A stretch of 64,000 bases of DNA from Betaproteobacteria bacterium (GTDB lineage: Bacteria > Pseudomonadota > Gammaproteobacteria > Burkholderiales > SG8-41): contig JAKFUS010000021.1 in the NCBI GenBank assembly GCA_021732605.1, forward strand, positions 10,186 through 74,185. The letters are read 5' to 3'. The notes under the pieces are model-generated. The model was not told where the DNA came from, searched no databases, and saw only the letters and a program-made list of their open reading frames with translations. Shown here piece after piece: positions 8,758-20,635 of this stretch. Made by a program: the position numbers and the translations under genes. Position 1 is the first letter of the stretch, and the number at the start of each line of letters is the position of its first letter.

Positions 8758-9735
8758 TCAGCGTGCAAGCCCGAGATCCAGCAATACATTTTTCAGATAG
8801 GCGTAGTCGGTCTCGAGATCCTTTGCCAGCTGCGCGCTGCCGGCGAAGTTGTCGCTCCAGTAGTTTTTTTCCAGGTCGTCTTTCCATTCCGGTGCGTGCA
8901 CCATTTTGCGCAGCGCGTCCTCCCAGAATGTGACTTGCGCGGCGCTGAGTCCCTTCGGAGCAAAAATCGCCCGCCAGTTGCCATAGACGAAATCGGCCCC
9001 CTGCTCCCTCCAGGTCGGCGCGGTCGCCAGCGGACCGGACAGCCGCACGGGTGCCGCAACGCCGATGACCCGCACGGTGCCATTATTGACGTGGACGACT
9101 GCGTTCACCGCACCGGCGACGGCCACATCAATATGCCCGCCAAGCATCGCGGTGATTGCTTCCGCAGAACCCTTGAACACCACAGGCTTTAAATCCCGTG
9201 CATTGCCACCCAGTGATTTGATCAGCAAACCCGAAGCGACGTGGCGGCTGCTGCCGAAGGCATTGGCAAAACCCACGACGACCGAACGCGGGTCCTTCTT
9301 CAGCCGCTCGGCGAGGTCGCGTCCGGTCCTGATCGGTGACTCGGTCCTGACCATGAACACTGCATAATCTTCATAAAGCGAAACCACTGGCGTGAAATCG
9401 CGATGACCGAGCGGACTGGAGCCGAGGATGTTGTTCGACAGCAGCCCGCTGCTCGCAATGTACAGGGCATGGGCATCTCCGGGTTTCTGGCTGACATAGG
9501 TGTAAGCGATGCTGCCGCCACCGCCCGGCTTGTTGATCACCACCAGCGGCACCGGGGCCAGCTTGTTTGTGGTGAAAATGCGCTCCATGATCCGCGCTGT
9601 CTTGTCGTTGCTGCCGCCGGCCGCCGAGCCGGCAACGATTTCGACGTTCTTCTGCGGCAACCACGTCTGGGCGGTCGCAGTGGCGGTTGTTCCCGCAAAG
9701 ACGATTGCCATTGCACACAGCGTCAGCTTTGCCAT
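8758..9735 (-). CDS. Bug/TctC family substrate-binding protein
   Basis: The ORF runs to 9771, but an RBS (ggaggag) precedes the ATG at 9735 (MAKLTLCAM...). It has a signal peptide and the GSAAGGSND motif. Confidence 0.8.
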   Translation of the reverse strand: MAKLTLCAMAIVFAGTTATATAQTWLPQKNVEIVAGSAAGGSNDKTARIMERIFTTNKLAPVPLVVINKPGGGGSIAYTYVSQKPGDAHALYIASSGLLSNNILGSSPLGHRDFTPVVSLYEDYAVFMVRTESPIRTGRDLAERLKKDPRSVVVGFANAFGSSRHVASGLLIKSLGGNARDLKPVVFKGSAEAITAMLGGHIDVAVAGAVNAVVHVNNGTVRVIGVAAPVRLSGPLATAPTWREQGADFVYGNWRAIFAPKGLSAAQVTFWEDALRKMVHAPEWKDDLEKNYWSDNFAGSAQLAKDLETDYAYLKNVLLDLGLAR

Positions 9736-9909
9736 CGATTTCTCCTCCAGCAGTGATGAACGGACGATCATTGGCGGCTTTTTTAAATACGATGATTGTT
9801 ATTTGAAGGCCAGTCTATCTTTTGTCGAGGATACGATTGAATGCGCCATCAATCCCTGTGCGGGACACCCTTATTGATTCCGCCCATTGGTCAATCTGGA
9901 GGCCATCTC

Positions 9910-9944
9910 AATAAGTATTTGTTTTTATTAACAATTTTATGATT
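9910..9944 (+). repeat. AT-rich recurrent element, copy C (forward)
   Basis: aataagtatttgtttttattaacaattttatgatt, located about 175 nt upstream of the minus-strand Bug gene start. Confidence 0.8.
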
Positions 9945-9964
9945 TTCCTGCGGGTAGCAAGCAT

Positions 9965-9993
9965 AAAAACGGGCAGAACCGAAGTTCCGCCCG
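9965..9993 (-). terminator. Rho-independent terminator downstream of katG
   Basis: On the minus strand: a 10-bp stem cgggcggaac/gttctgcccg (one mismatch), a 4-nt loop, then TTTTT. Confidence 0.6.
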
Positions 9994-10081
9994 TCTCATT
10001 TTCGGCCGTTCACCCTTGTGAGGCTGCGCGCCGGATGCCCTTCCCGCCCTCGTGAGGCGGAAAAGTTTTGTCTAACCAAAA

Positions 10082-12298
<2,217 letters not shown>

Positions 12299-12360
12299 CT
12301 ATGGACAATTGACTGTTGATCCGGCAACCAAAGGTTAGGCCCTTGTGTTGGATAGCGCTA

Positions 12361-12397
12361 ATTGATTGTTGGAATGACTAATATAGTCAATGGCTAT
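12361..12397. promoter_or_regulatory. Possible OxyR-type operator in the katG promoter region
   Basis: ATTG-N7-GAAT-N7-ATAG-N7-CTAT. The promoter-distal half relative to katG, at the higher coordinates (ATAGtcaatggCTAT, 12383-12397), matches ATAG-N7-CTAT perfectly. The site lies 80-115 nt upstream of the katG start. Confidence 0.3.
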
Positions 12398-12403
12398 GAT
12401 CAA

Positions 12404-13579
12404 TCAGGCGGTCTGTCGGCACACCCATTTCAGCCACAGGAAGCCCGCCGTTCCCGCCACCAGTGACGCCAGCAGAATCGCCATTTTCGACGCATTGATG
12501 GCCGCCGCATCACCGGCAAATGCCAGATTGGTGATGAATATGGACATGGTGAACCCGATGCCGCCCAGGATGCCGGCCCCCAGTACATGGCGCCAGCCCA
12601 GATCCTCCGGCAGGCGGCACAGTCCTGTGGCGACTGCGATCAGACAAAGCAGCACCACACCGACCGGTTTGCCCAGCAACAGCCCGACGGCGATGCCCAG
12701 GCCATTGGCGCTGGTCAGGCTTTGCATCCAGTCAGCACCGATCACGACACCGGTATTGGCCAGTGCAAATACCGGCAGGATGATGAAGGCCACCGGTTTG
12801 TGCAGGATATGTTCCAGCCTGTGCGAAGGCGATGCAGTGTCGTCATCCTGGTGCGAAAACGGAATGGCGAAAGCCAGCATCACGCCGGCAATCGTCGCGT
12901 GCACCCCGGACTTGAGCATCAGCGCCCACATCAGCGCCCCGCCGATCAGATATGGCAGCAACGACATCACCCGAAGCAGCCGGTTGAAACACAGCAACAC
13001 GCCCCATACCGCCAGTGCCGCCAGCAGGTAGGCCATCGAGAGTTCCGCCGTATAGAACACGGCGATGACAATGATCGCGCACAGGTCGTCGATCACCGCG
13101 AACGCCACCACCAGCACCTTCAGCGACCACGGCACCCTGCTGCCAAGAAGGGCCAGCACACCCAGCGCAAAAGCGATGTCGGTGGCCATCGGAATGCCGA
13201 AGCCGGCCTCCGTAGCCTTTCCTGCATTCAGCGAATAATGAATCAGCGCCGGCATGATAACCCCGCCCAGTGCCGCAAATATCGGCAGCAGCGCATTGCG
13301 AAAATTCGACAATTCACCGACATAGAGTTCGCGCTCCAGCTCCAAGCCGATCAGCAAAAAGAAAATCGCCATCAGTGCATCATTGATCCACTGCTCGACG
13401 CTCAAGCCGGCAACACGGGTCTGCCAGAACCCGATGTAATACACGCCGATCAGGGAATTCGCCAGCAGCAGCGAAACAGCCGTGCACAGGATCAGCAGGA
13501 TGCCGCCGGATTTTTCGGATTCGAAAAATGCCTGGAAAGTTTTGGAGATTGTTTTTTGCAATGCGGCAACCATCATCAA
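12404..13579 (-). CDS. nhaA: Na+/H+ antiporter NhaA
   Basis: 391 aa polytopic membrane protein with NhaA-typical motifs (FFLLIGLELERE, IDDLCAI). Confidence 0.92.
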   Translation of the reverse strand: MMMVAALQKTISKTFQAFFESEKSGGILLILCTAVSLLLANSLIGVYYIGFWQTRVAGLSVEQWINDALMAIFFLLIGLELERELYVGELSNFRNALLPIFAALGGVIMPALIHYSLNAGKATEAGFGIPMATDIAFALGVLALLGSRVPWSLKVLVVAFAVIDDLCAIIVIAVFYTAELSMAYLLAALAVWGVLLCFNRLLRVMSLLPYLIGGALMWALMLKSGVHATIAGVMLAFAIPFSHQDDDTASPSHRLEHILHKPVAFIILPVFALANTGVVIGADWMQSLTSANGLGIAVGLLLGKPVGVVLLCLIAVATGLCRLPEDLGWRHVLGAGILGGIGFTMSIFITNLAFAGDAAAINASKMAILLASLVAGTAGFLWLKWVCRQTA

Positions 13580-13689
13580 CTCGAAAATCGAATTTCAGGA
13601 ACTGACGAGTTTACCCCGTTATTTTGCCTTATCCAGACGTATGCAGTGCCGTTGCTCGCGGCGCGAGGATCCGTGCTCTGGACAAAACC

Positions 13690-14054
13690 ATCTACTGGCG
13701 TGGCAGGCCGTCGGGGATCCGCCGCGACAACTGCCCGCATTCAGCAAAGGCGCGTTGCGGGCATGGGCCAAAAGCCGCGAGATACGGAGCGCACCCATCC
13801 AGCCCGGCAAGCCGCAGCAGAATGCCAACTTGGAACGCTACAACCGCACCATGCATTACGACTAGTGACTCAGGATCTGTTCGATTCGTTCAACGAGGCG
13901 CAGGAATTGGCTACTCGACGGCTACGGACATACCAATTACGATCGACCGAATATGGCGCTTGGCGGCATCATGCCTATGCAAAAATTCAAACTCGCCGCT
14001 AAACTCCACTTCTGGCAGGTGCTAAAAACGCGGGATTACCCTATCCTCTGTTAA
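13690..14054 (+). pseudogene. IS3-family transposase (OrfB integrase-core C-terminus) remnant, 5'-truncated and frameshifted
   Basis: Fragments lie in three frames: GIRRDNCP; IQPGKPQQNANLERYNRTM; FDSFNEAQELATR..; YNYDRPNMALGGIMPMQKFKL. No intact ORF and no N-terminal part remain. Confidence 0.7.
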
Positions 14055-14098
14055 GCGCCGTGGTTAAATATCTTTTTTATCGATAAATCGAAATCGTT

Positions 14099-15520
14099 AT
14101 GTCAGTAATGCAAGAAAGAAAGCGCCCCGTTCTTCAGCGCCGCAGCAGTATTACCAACTTAATCCAGGCCGGGCTGGATGGGCTTACGATCATTGGTATT
14201 GCCTACGGGCTTATCAATTATCACATCGGTGCTCTCACCACCAATTACCTAGTCATGCTGCTGCTCCTGCTGGGTGCGTTGGCGGTGACGTATGACCATT
14301 ATGGAATTTACCGCAGCAATGCCAGTTTCTCGAGAAAGTCACTTACGCTGTTCAAGGCGTGGACCGTCTGCTTCGCGTTTCTGGTGATGATGGCTTTCTT
14401 GACCAAGGAGAGCGAAAAATTCTCGCGGCTTCTGATGGGGCAGCTCTATGTGATGGGACTGCTGTCACAACTGCTCCTGCACCTGATCATGCAGGTGGTG
14501 CAAAAGACTCTGCTCAGGCATGCTGCCCAATCGGAGAATGTCCTTATCATCGGTACGGGAAAACTCGCCAACTACCTCTACCAGAAGATCGCGGGGAACC
14601 CCTGGTTGGGACAGCGGGTATTGGGTTCCGTGCCGCTCAAGGGTGCTGCTCCCTCGGAGTCAGAACCCGGGGCAGGCAAGACACTCCCGATCCTGGGTAA
14701 CCTCGGGAACCTGAACGAGTTGATCGAGCGCCACCATATTAGTACGGTCTATTTCGTCACGCCCCTCGATGCCTCCGAAGTTCTTGAAGAGCTCTACTTC
14801 TCGCTCCTAGACAAGCACGTCGCCGTGCACTGGGTACCAGACATCTTCTCCCTGCGCCTCATTAACCATAGTGTGCGCGAGATTGCCGGCATTCCTATTC
14901 TCACCCTCTCCGAGACACCGTTGACCGGCACCAGCGTGTTGCTGAAGTCACTGGAAGACATCGTACTCTCTGTCTTGATATTCCTGCTGATTGCTCCGCT
15001 GATGGTCTTAATCGCCGTTGCGATCAAACTTGACAGCCCCGGCCCTGTCTTTTTCAGACAGAAACGCATGGGCTGGAGCGGCAAGATCTTCAGCATCTGG
15101 AAGTTCCGCAGCATGGTAGTGCACCAACCGAATAACAATGTGATAAAGCAGGCAGAAAAAAATGACCCTCGGGTTACGCGGGTCGGGGCCTTCATCCGCC
15201 GCACCAGCCTTGATGAGTTACCCCAGATATTCAATGTCTTATCGGGCGAGATGTCTCTGGTAGGCCCTCGTCCCCATGCCATCCAGCACGATGAAGAATA
15301 CTCCCGCCGCATTGCCGAATATTTCGCCCGCCACAATATCAAGCCGGGTATCACCGGGCTGGCCCAAGTGCGCGGCTTCCGTGGTGAAACAAAGGATATT
15401 GAGCAGATGATGCAGCGCGTAGAGTCCGATATCGAATACATCAACAACTGGTCGCTCTGGCTCGATCTGACTATTCTCATCCGCACTACATCGGCATTAA
15501 CAGGCAAAAACGCCTATTGA
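14099..15520 (+). CDS. Undecaprenyl-phosphate sugar phosphotransferase (WcaJ/EpsL-like priming glycosyltransferase)
   Basis: 473 aa with N-terminal TM helices and a C-terminal bacterial sugar-transferase domain (KFRSM, DELPQ, SLVGPRP, PGITGLAQV). Confidence 0.88.
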   Translation: MSVMQERKRPVLQRRSSITNLIQAGLDGLTIIGIAYGLINYHIGALTTNYLVMLLLLLGALAVTYDHYGIYRSNASFSRKSLTLFKAWTVCFAFLVMMAFLTKESEKFSRLLMGQLYVMGLLSQLLLHLIMQVVQKTLLRHAAQSENVLIIGTGKLANYLYQKIAGNPWLGQRVLGSVPLKGAAPSESEPGAGKTLPILGNLGNLNELIERHHISTVYFVTPLDASEVLEELYFSLLDKHVAVHWVPDIFSLRLINHSVREIAGIPILTLSETPLTGTSVLLKSLEDIVLSVLIFLLIAPLMVLIAVAIKLDSPGPVFFRQKRMGWSGKIFSIWKFRSMVVHQPNNNVIKQAEKNDPRVTRVGAFIRRTSLDELPQIFNVLSGEMSLVGPRPHAIQHDEEYSRRIAEYFARHNIKPGITGLAQVRGFRGETKDIEQMMQRVESDIEYINNWSLWLDLTILIRTTSALTGKNAY

Positions 15521-15542
15521 AGTGAATTGCTTGGTCAGTCCG

Positions 15543-15950
15543 TTACTCCGAGCGGTCGGTATGGGCTATTTTTCTTGAAAAAATATCGAGCCCAAACCCG
15601 AGAAACAAGCCCAATCCATCTGCAATGATGTCGCCCCACTCTGCAACACGGTAAGGCGTGAAAGACTGCAACACTTCAATCAGTCCGCCATAGAGCAGCA
15701 AGCCCGCCATGACCGCTGCAAGGTGCGACGGATATGTTCGACATCCCAGAATGGCCAGAACTGAAAAAGCCAGGACGTGGTTACTTTTGTCCCAACCGGC
15801 AGCGAGCAGATGCTCTGCGGGGGGGCTTAACGAGAGCAAAAGTACAACAGCTACGCAACTCCAGAAAATGAATGCCCAGCGTGCACTTGCAGCCATGCCG
15901 GTGCTCATCTTTTCAGTGGAAATTTCGCAAGAATCCGGGGAGCATCTCAA
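15543..15950 (-). CDS. VanZ-like family membrane protein
   Basis: 135 aa with 4 TM helices; DKSNHVLAF and EVLQ..R motifs are typical of VanZ-like proteins. Confidence 0.55.
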   Translation of the reverse strand: MRCSPDSCEISTEKMSTGMAASARWAFIFWSCVAVVLLLSLSPPAEHLLAAGWDKSNHVLAFSVLAILGCRTYPSHLAAVMAGLLLYGGLIEVLQSFTPYRVAEWGDIIADGLGLFLGFGLDIFSRKIAHTDRSE

Positions 15951-15967
15951 CTCATGACCGACAGAGT

Positions 15968-16828
15968 CTAAGCTTGGGAACTATGGGGCCCAAAATCGAA
16001 AGGGCCATTTTTAATTGCAAGAACCCCAAACTCCCCCTGGTCCTGGATCACTTCATCCAACACATTGGCATCGATACGTTTAATACCCCGGGCAAACCCA
16101 TATACCAGCGCCGTATCGCAGAGAACATTGATACTGCGTGGAATACCCCGGCTGATCTCAGCGACGCGCTGACAGGCCGACGGCGTGAAGAGCGACTTTT
16201 CCCGACCGGACGCCCTGACCCGGTGGTGAATATAGCGATGCACATCCGCTACATCGAGGGGGGTCACGAAAAAATGTACCGACACACGCTGGGCGAACTG
16301 CTGCAAATCCGGACGGCGCAGCATCTCCTGGAGTTGGGGTTGGCCTACCAGGATGATCTGCAGCAACTGATCCTTGTCCGCGTTGATGTTGGAAAGCATG
16401 CGCAGCGATTCGAGCGCACTGGGGCTAAGGTTCTGCGCCTCATCGACAATCAACATAACCCTTTTCCCTGCGCTGAACTGTGCAATCAGAAAACGCTGGA
16501 ACGCATCGTATAGCGCGACCTGCGACAGCCCTTCGTAGGGCTGTCCAAAAGCCAGCATGATCCACTCCAAGAGGTTGGCAATCTCCTGATGGGTGTTGTA
16601 GACCAGTCCGATGGTCATATTTTGCCCGACATTGTTGAGCAGATGCCGGATCAGGGTGGTCTTGCCGCAACCGATCTCGCCGCTGATCACGGCAAAACCT
16701 GCTTTGTTGTGGATACTGTACATCAGCATGGCATAGGCCATGCTGTGCCGCTTGCTCATGTAGAGAAAATCAGGGTCGGGTTGAATAGAAAACGGTTTTT
16801 CTTTCATCCCATAGAAATTTTCGTACAT
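15968..16828 (-). CDS. ExeA-like AAA ATPase, PEP-CTERM-locus-associated subfamily
   Basis: 286 aa. N-terminal YENFYGMKEKPF, Walker A GEIGCGKTT and Walker B LIVDEAQ support the call. Confidence 0.75.
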   Translation of the reverse strand: MYENFYGMKEKPFSIQPDPDFLYMSKRHSMAYAMLMYSIHNKAGFAVISGEIGCGKTTLIRHLLNNVGQNMTIGLVYNTHQEIANLLEWIMLAFGQPYEGLSQVALYDAFQRFLIAQFSAGKRVMLIVDEAQNLSPSALESLRMLSNINADKDQLLQIILVGQPQLQEMLRRPDLQQFAQRVSVHFFVTPLDVADVHRYIHHRVRASGREKSLFTPSACQRVAEISRGIPRSINVLCDTALVYGFARGIKRIDANVLDEVIQDQGEFGVLAIKNGPFDFGPHSSQA

Positions 16829-16863
16829 TTATCCAGCCGCCAGAAAAATAGACTCAATCCTCA

Positions 16864-19281
16864 TCATAGCCCCTTGAGCGTCTGCTTCACCTGCTCCGAT
16901 TCGGGAAAAGTCTTGCCTTCACCCAAGGTCAGCGCTTTTTCCAGCTCCTTGCGGGCGGCATCCTTCTTATTGAGCGCCAGATAGCTCATGCCGAGGTGAT
17001 AGCGGAGCACCGGCATGTCCGGCAGCTGCTTGGTCGCATACTCAATCAGCGGCGCCGCCTCGTTTGCCTTACCGACCTTGTAGCTGGACCAGCCCAGAGT
17101 GTCCTTGAACTGCGGGACATTGGAACGCTTGAAACGTTGCGCCAGATCGTAGGCGCGACTCAGGCTGGCCTTATCGCTGCGATGGTCGCTCAACAGGCTG
17201 GCGAGATTGTTGGCCAGCACATCCGAGTTGGGGCGCTCCTTGAGCAACTGCTCATACAGCTTGATCGCATCCTCGAAACGACCGGACACTTCATGCGCCC
17301 CGGCCTGAGTCAGGCGCAGCGCAAAATCATCCGGCACGGCTGCCAGACCGGCAGCAATCGTCTGGTCCGCCTCCGCGAGGTGCCCGGCCTGCAGATGCAA
17401 GTTAGCCAGGTTGATATACCCAATCGCATTTCCGGGTTGCAGGTTGACGACAGCCTTAAAGCCGTCAGCGGCGGCTGCCTTGTCACCTTTCATGGCATAC
17501 AACTGCCCCCGAAGCAGTATTGCGTTGAAGTTACCCGGACTGGCCTGAATCACCGAGCTCAGGAAAGTGATTGCCTCGTTGGGCTTGCCGGCAAGCAAAT
17601 AAGCGCGTACCAGCGACACCATGGGTTGCATCTCGGCAGGCGCCGCATCGAACGCCCGCTTGAAGGCAGCAATGCTTTGCGCATAGTTCTTTTTTCCGGC
17701 CTGGATCAATCCGGAGATCTGCTCCGAAATTTCCCCCTTGTCGCCCTGTTTGCGCAGTTCGTCCGCTGCGGCCTGCGCCGCGACCCAATCACCCATATTG
17801 ATTTTCGCCTGCGCAAGCAGCTTCAGCGCCGGCACATGGCCCGGCGAATCACTCAGGATGTCCTCGGCCACGCTTGCAGCACGTGCGGGCTGGCCGCGCT
17901 TGAGCATAAACTCGCCATAAGCCATGCCGTAGGGCGCCGCCTGCTTGCTCGCCCGGAAAGCCTTCAGATAATGCTCCTGGGCCAATTCGGTTGAACCGGC
18001 CAATTCATGCGCCTTGGCCAGCAGCAGCAAGGCACGTGCGGAATCGGGCACATCGCGCAGCAGGGTGCGCAGATCGGCAATCGCCACATCCAACTGGTGC
18101 TCGTCGATAGCCATTCCCGCCTTCAGCAACAGCCCCTGTTCGTTGTGCTGGTCCTTCACCAGCACTTCAGCCACCAGCGCCCGTGCGCCCTGCTTGTCAC
18201 CCCTCGCCAGCAATGCGACCGCCAGCAACCCTTTGGCCTTGATGCTGTCCTGGCTGCCTCCGGCCTTGTCGATGATGGCTCTGAACACGGCCTCGGCCGC
18301 CTTGTGATCGTTACGCGACTGATACATGTTGGCGAGCCCGAACTTCAACTCGTTGCTGGCCGGATCCTTGGCGATCATGGCCTCGAGTTCCTGCTGGGCC
18401 GCCTTGGGTCCTTTCAGCGTATTCACAAACCGCACCACATCCAGCCGGGCGGACACATCGGTTGGATTCTCGGCAACGATGGCGCGATATTCCGCCTCTG
18501 CAGCATCCTTACGGCCGTGGCTCAGTAAAAATTGCGCCAAGATATGCCGCAGAGCGCGGGTCTCGGGATAAAAGGCGGCCAGTTTGCGGAAGATCTCTTC
18601 CGCTGAATCGAGCTTGGCCAGAGACTCCAGCGCCTGCACCTTGATCAACTGCAGCGCAATGTTTTTCTCATTGCTTTTCAAGCCACGATCCAGGTATTCG
18701 ATGGCCTTGCTGCCATCCTTAGCCGCCAGTCGCTCGGTTGCGAGCACGATCAAGGCATCAACGTTATTCGGGTCTTTCGCCAGTGCCGCGTTGGCCTGTG
18801 TTATCGCGCCTGCTTTGTCGTCCAGCTTGTAAAGCACCCCCGCGCGCAAGGCCAGCACATCCGGATTATCCTTCGCCAACGCAATCGTGGTGTCGCTGGC
18901 GGCAAGCGCCCTGTCGAGCTTGCCTGCTGCCAGCAGCAATCGCCCGAGCTTGATGTGCGCTTGCAGATGCTTCGGGTCATGGTCAACAACCTTGTTTAAC
19001 ATCCCGAACATCTTTGGATAATCACCCTGCTTTTCGGCAATCTGCGCCAACGCATACCAGGCCTCGGGCATGCCATCCTTGATCTGCAGCGCATTCTGGA
19101 ATTCGATGCGCGCCTTGACCAGCTCGCCTTGTTGCATCAGCGCCATGCCCTTCTCGTAAAACCGGTTCGCCTTGTCAGCCGGGGAACACCCCGCCACCAG
19201 CATCACGAGCCCGATGCATACGACACGGCCCAGCGAATAAACACTTCGGCCGCAATCAGCCATACGGAATAAGGAAATCAT
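16864..19281 (-). CDS. prsT: PEP-CTERM system TPR-repeat lipoprotein (PrsT-like)
   Basis: About 800 aa of TPR repeats with a lipobox LVAGC near the N-terminus. The ORF extends to 19440 and overlaps the upstream gene. The start is placed at ATG 19281; alternatives are 19263 and 19341. Confidence 0.7.
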   Translation of the reverse strand: MISLFRMADCGRSVYSLGRVVCIGLVMLVAGCSPADKANRFYEKGMALMQQGELVKARIEFQNALQIKDGMPEAWYALAQIAEKQGDYPKMFGMLNKVVDHDPKHLQAHIKLGRLLLAAGKLDRALAASDTTIALAKDNPDVLALRAGVLYKLDDKAGAITQANAALAKDPNNVDALIVLATERLAAKDGSKAIEYLDRGLKSNEKNIALQLIKVQALESLAKLDSAEEIFRKLAAFYPETRALRHILAQFLLSHGRKDAAEAEYRAIVAENPTDVSARLDVVRFVNTLKGPKAAQQELEAMIAKDPASNELKFGLANMYQSRNDHKAAEAVFRAIIDKAGGSQDSIKAKGLLAVALLARGDKQGARALVAEVLVKDQHNEQGLLLKAGMAIDEHQLDVAIADLRTLLRDVPDSARALLLLAKAHELAGSTELAQEHYLKAFRASKQAAPYGMAYGEFMLKRGQPARAASVAEDILSDSPGHVPALKLLAQAKINMGDWVAAQAAADELRKQGDKGEISEQISGLIQAGKKNYAQSIAAFKRAFDAAPAEMQPMVSLVRAYLLAGKPNEAITFLSSVIQASPGNFNAILLRGQLYAMKGDKAAAADGFKAVVNLQPGNAIGYINLANLHLQAGHLAEADQTIAAGLAAVPDDFALRLTQAGAHEVSGRFEDAIKLYEQLLKERPNSDVLANNLASLLSDHRSDKASLSRAYDLAQRFKRSNVPQFKDTLGWSSYKVGKANEAAPLIEYATKQLPDMPVLRYHLGMSYLALNKKDAARKELEKALTLGEGKTFPESEQVKQTLKGL

Positions 19282-19363
19282 CTTCAAACGCCCCCAATAT
19301 TTTTTTAGACTCACAACAGGCGACATCCTGCCCCCCGACATTTTTACTGCCGCCCCACAACGA

Positions 19364-20635
19364 TTATGCACATGCCGGGGAAAGCACCGCCTTGTAGATC
19401 CGCGCGCCATAGGGCGGCAAATCATCAACAAACCTACCATTCACCGTAGGCAGTATCTTGCTCTCATTCTCTACCGCGATGCGGCTAATATTATCTTTAA
19501 AATTCAATCGGATAGCTAGTTTTGTTGGCGTATTGACCAGAGAAGCAACCATGACGTAGGTGGCACACCCGTCACGGCGGGCGGTGAAAGACAGTTTTTC
19601 CGCACGATTGCCCCTACCATCCTCACCCATCAAGCTGACGTCGGCCACATCCTGCGCGGCGGGAAGGTTGATGATGCGGGCCAAGCCCTGCACCTCTGCA
19701 TTGATCCTGCCCATTGCCGCCGACAGCGCAGGATCCTCGAACCAGGAGGCTTCGACAAACCGCGGCTTGAACTGGTGAACAAAATAGAGGATTCCGCGCG
19801 CACCGCCGATGATGCTCATCCAAACCTGGGCACGTATTTGCGCCGGATCGACACGCGCGTCCGGATTATTGACCCGGCTCGCGCCGATCACAGACCAGAC
19901 TTTCCGCTCCGGTCCGGCCCAAGCGACCAGCCGCTTAACTCCTTGCGCCACCAACTCAAGACGCCCCGCCAAGGCAGGGTCGGTCTCTGCCGCCGGATAA
20001 ATGTCGAAGGAGACGATGTCTGCCGCCTTGACATACTCAAGGTAATCTTCCGGATGTCCAGTCCGATTCCCCCGTCCTTTCCAGGCATCCCACGCCACAC
20101 CCTTGCCGAAATTCATGAATATCGGCCGTAACGGGTCGAGCTTACGTATCGCCCGATAGCGCTCCAGCATTTCCGCCGGCGACAGCGGCGATCCCCAACC
20201 GGCCCGGGCAAGACCCACCCCACCGACCAGCGGCTGTGCGTTGTCAGGCTCATCATGCTGCAGCCAGCCGACGATGATGTCCCGGTGCGGATCGGTCAAC
20301 CCGACTTCATTCTGCGTGGCGATGACCGGCATGCCAGCCCGCTTCAAGGTTGCCAGTTGCGCCGCTGTCGGCCCCTGCCACAAGCCCACATACACGTTAA
20401 TTCCCAGCGCCTGGTATCTGCGTGCATGCTCGGGTTGTTGCAACCAGACGCCGATCGGAAAAACCCCGTCTGGCATGGCATTGGCCGGGAACCGGGCATT
20501 GGCAGCCGCGACCAGCGCCGCGCCGCCAATGAGCCACACCCCCAGTGCAAACCGAACTAAATTTTTTGCCCCGATTTCCTTCGCGCGCAACCATTGAAAC
20601 GTGCAGGACGGCGCTGCCGCATCAATCCGGCACAT
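19364..20635 (-). CDS. Hypothetical exported protein, possible TIM-barrel glycoside hydrolase
   Basis: 423 aa with an N-terminal hydrophobic segment. Motifs such as WLQHDEPD and FDIYP are reminiscent of clan GH-A-like enzymes. Its position between prsT and xrtA fits that role. The functional call is weak. Confidence 0.4.
   Translation of the reverse strand: MCRIDAAAPSCTFQWLRAKEIGAKNLVRFALGVWLIGGAALVAAANARFPANAMPDGVFPIGVWLQQPEHARRYQALGINVYVGLWQGPTAAQLATLKRAGMPVIATQNEVGLTDPHRDIIVGWLQHDEPDNAQPLVGGVGLARAGWGSPLSPAEMLERYRAIRKLDPLRPIFMNFGKGVAWDAWKGRGNRTGHPEDYLEYVKAADIVSFDIYPAAETDPALAGRLELVAQGVKRLVAWAGPERKVWSVIGASRVNNPDARVDPAQIRAQVWMSIIGGARGILYFVHQFKPRFVEASWFEDPALSAAMGRINAEVQGLARIINLPAAQDVADVSLMGEDGRGNRAEKLSFTARRDGCATYVMVASLVNTPTKLAIRLNFKDNISRIAVENESKILPTVNGRFVDDLPPYGARIYKAVLSPACA

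Noticed and set aside
8737-8758. A 20-nt gap between convergent Bug genes with no terminator hairpin.
   Set aside because: Only the absence of a structure is observed, and convergent genes without intrinsic terminators are common in GC-rich genomes. Not informative by itself.
9910-9944. The AT-rich element begins AATAAGTAT, identical to the first 9 nt of E. coli TerB, suggesting a replication-terminus (Ter/Tus) site.
   Set aside because: The similarity stops before the essential GTTGTAAC core. Copies occur in both orientations within 64 kb, which is incompatible with Ter function. Tus-type systems are not expected outside enterobacteria-like lineages.
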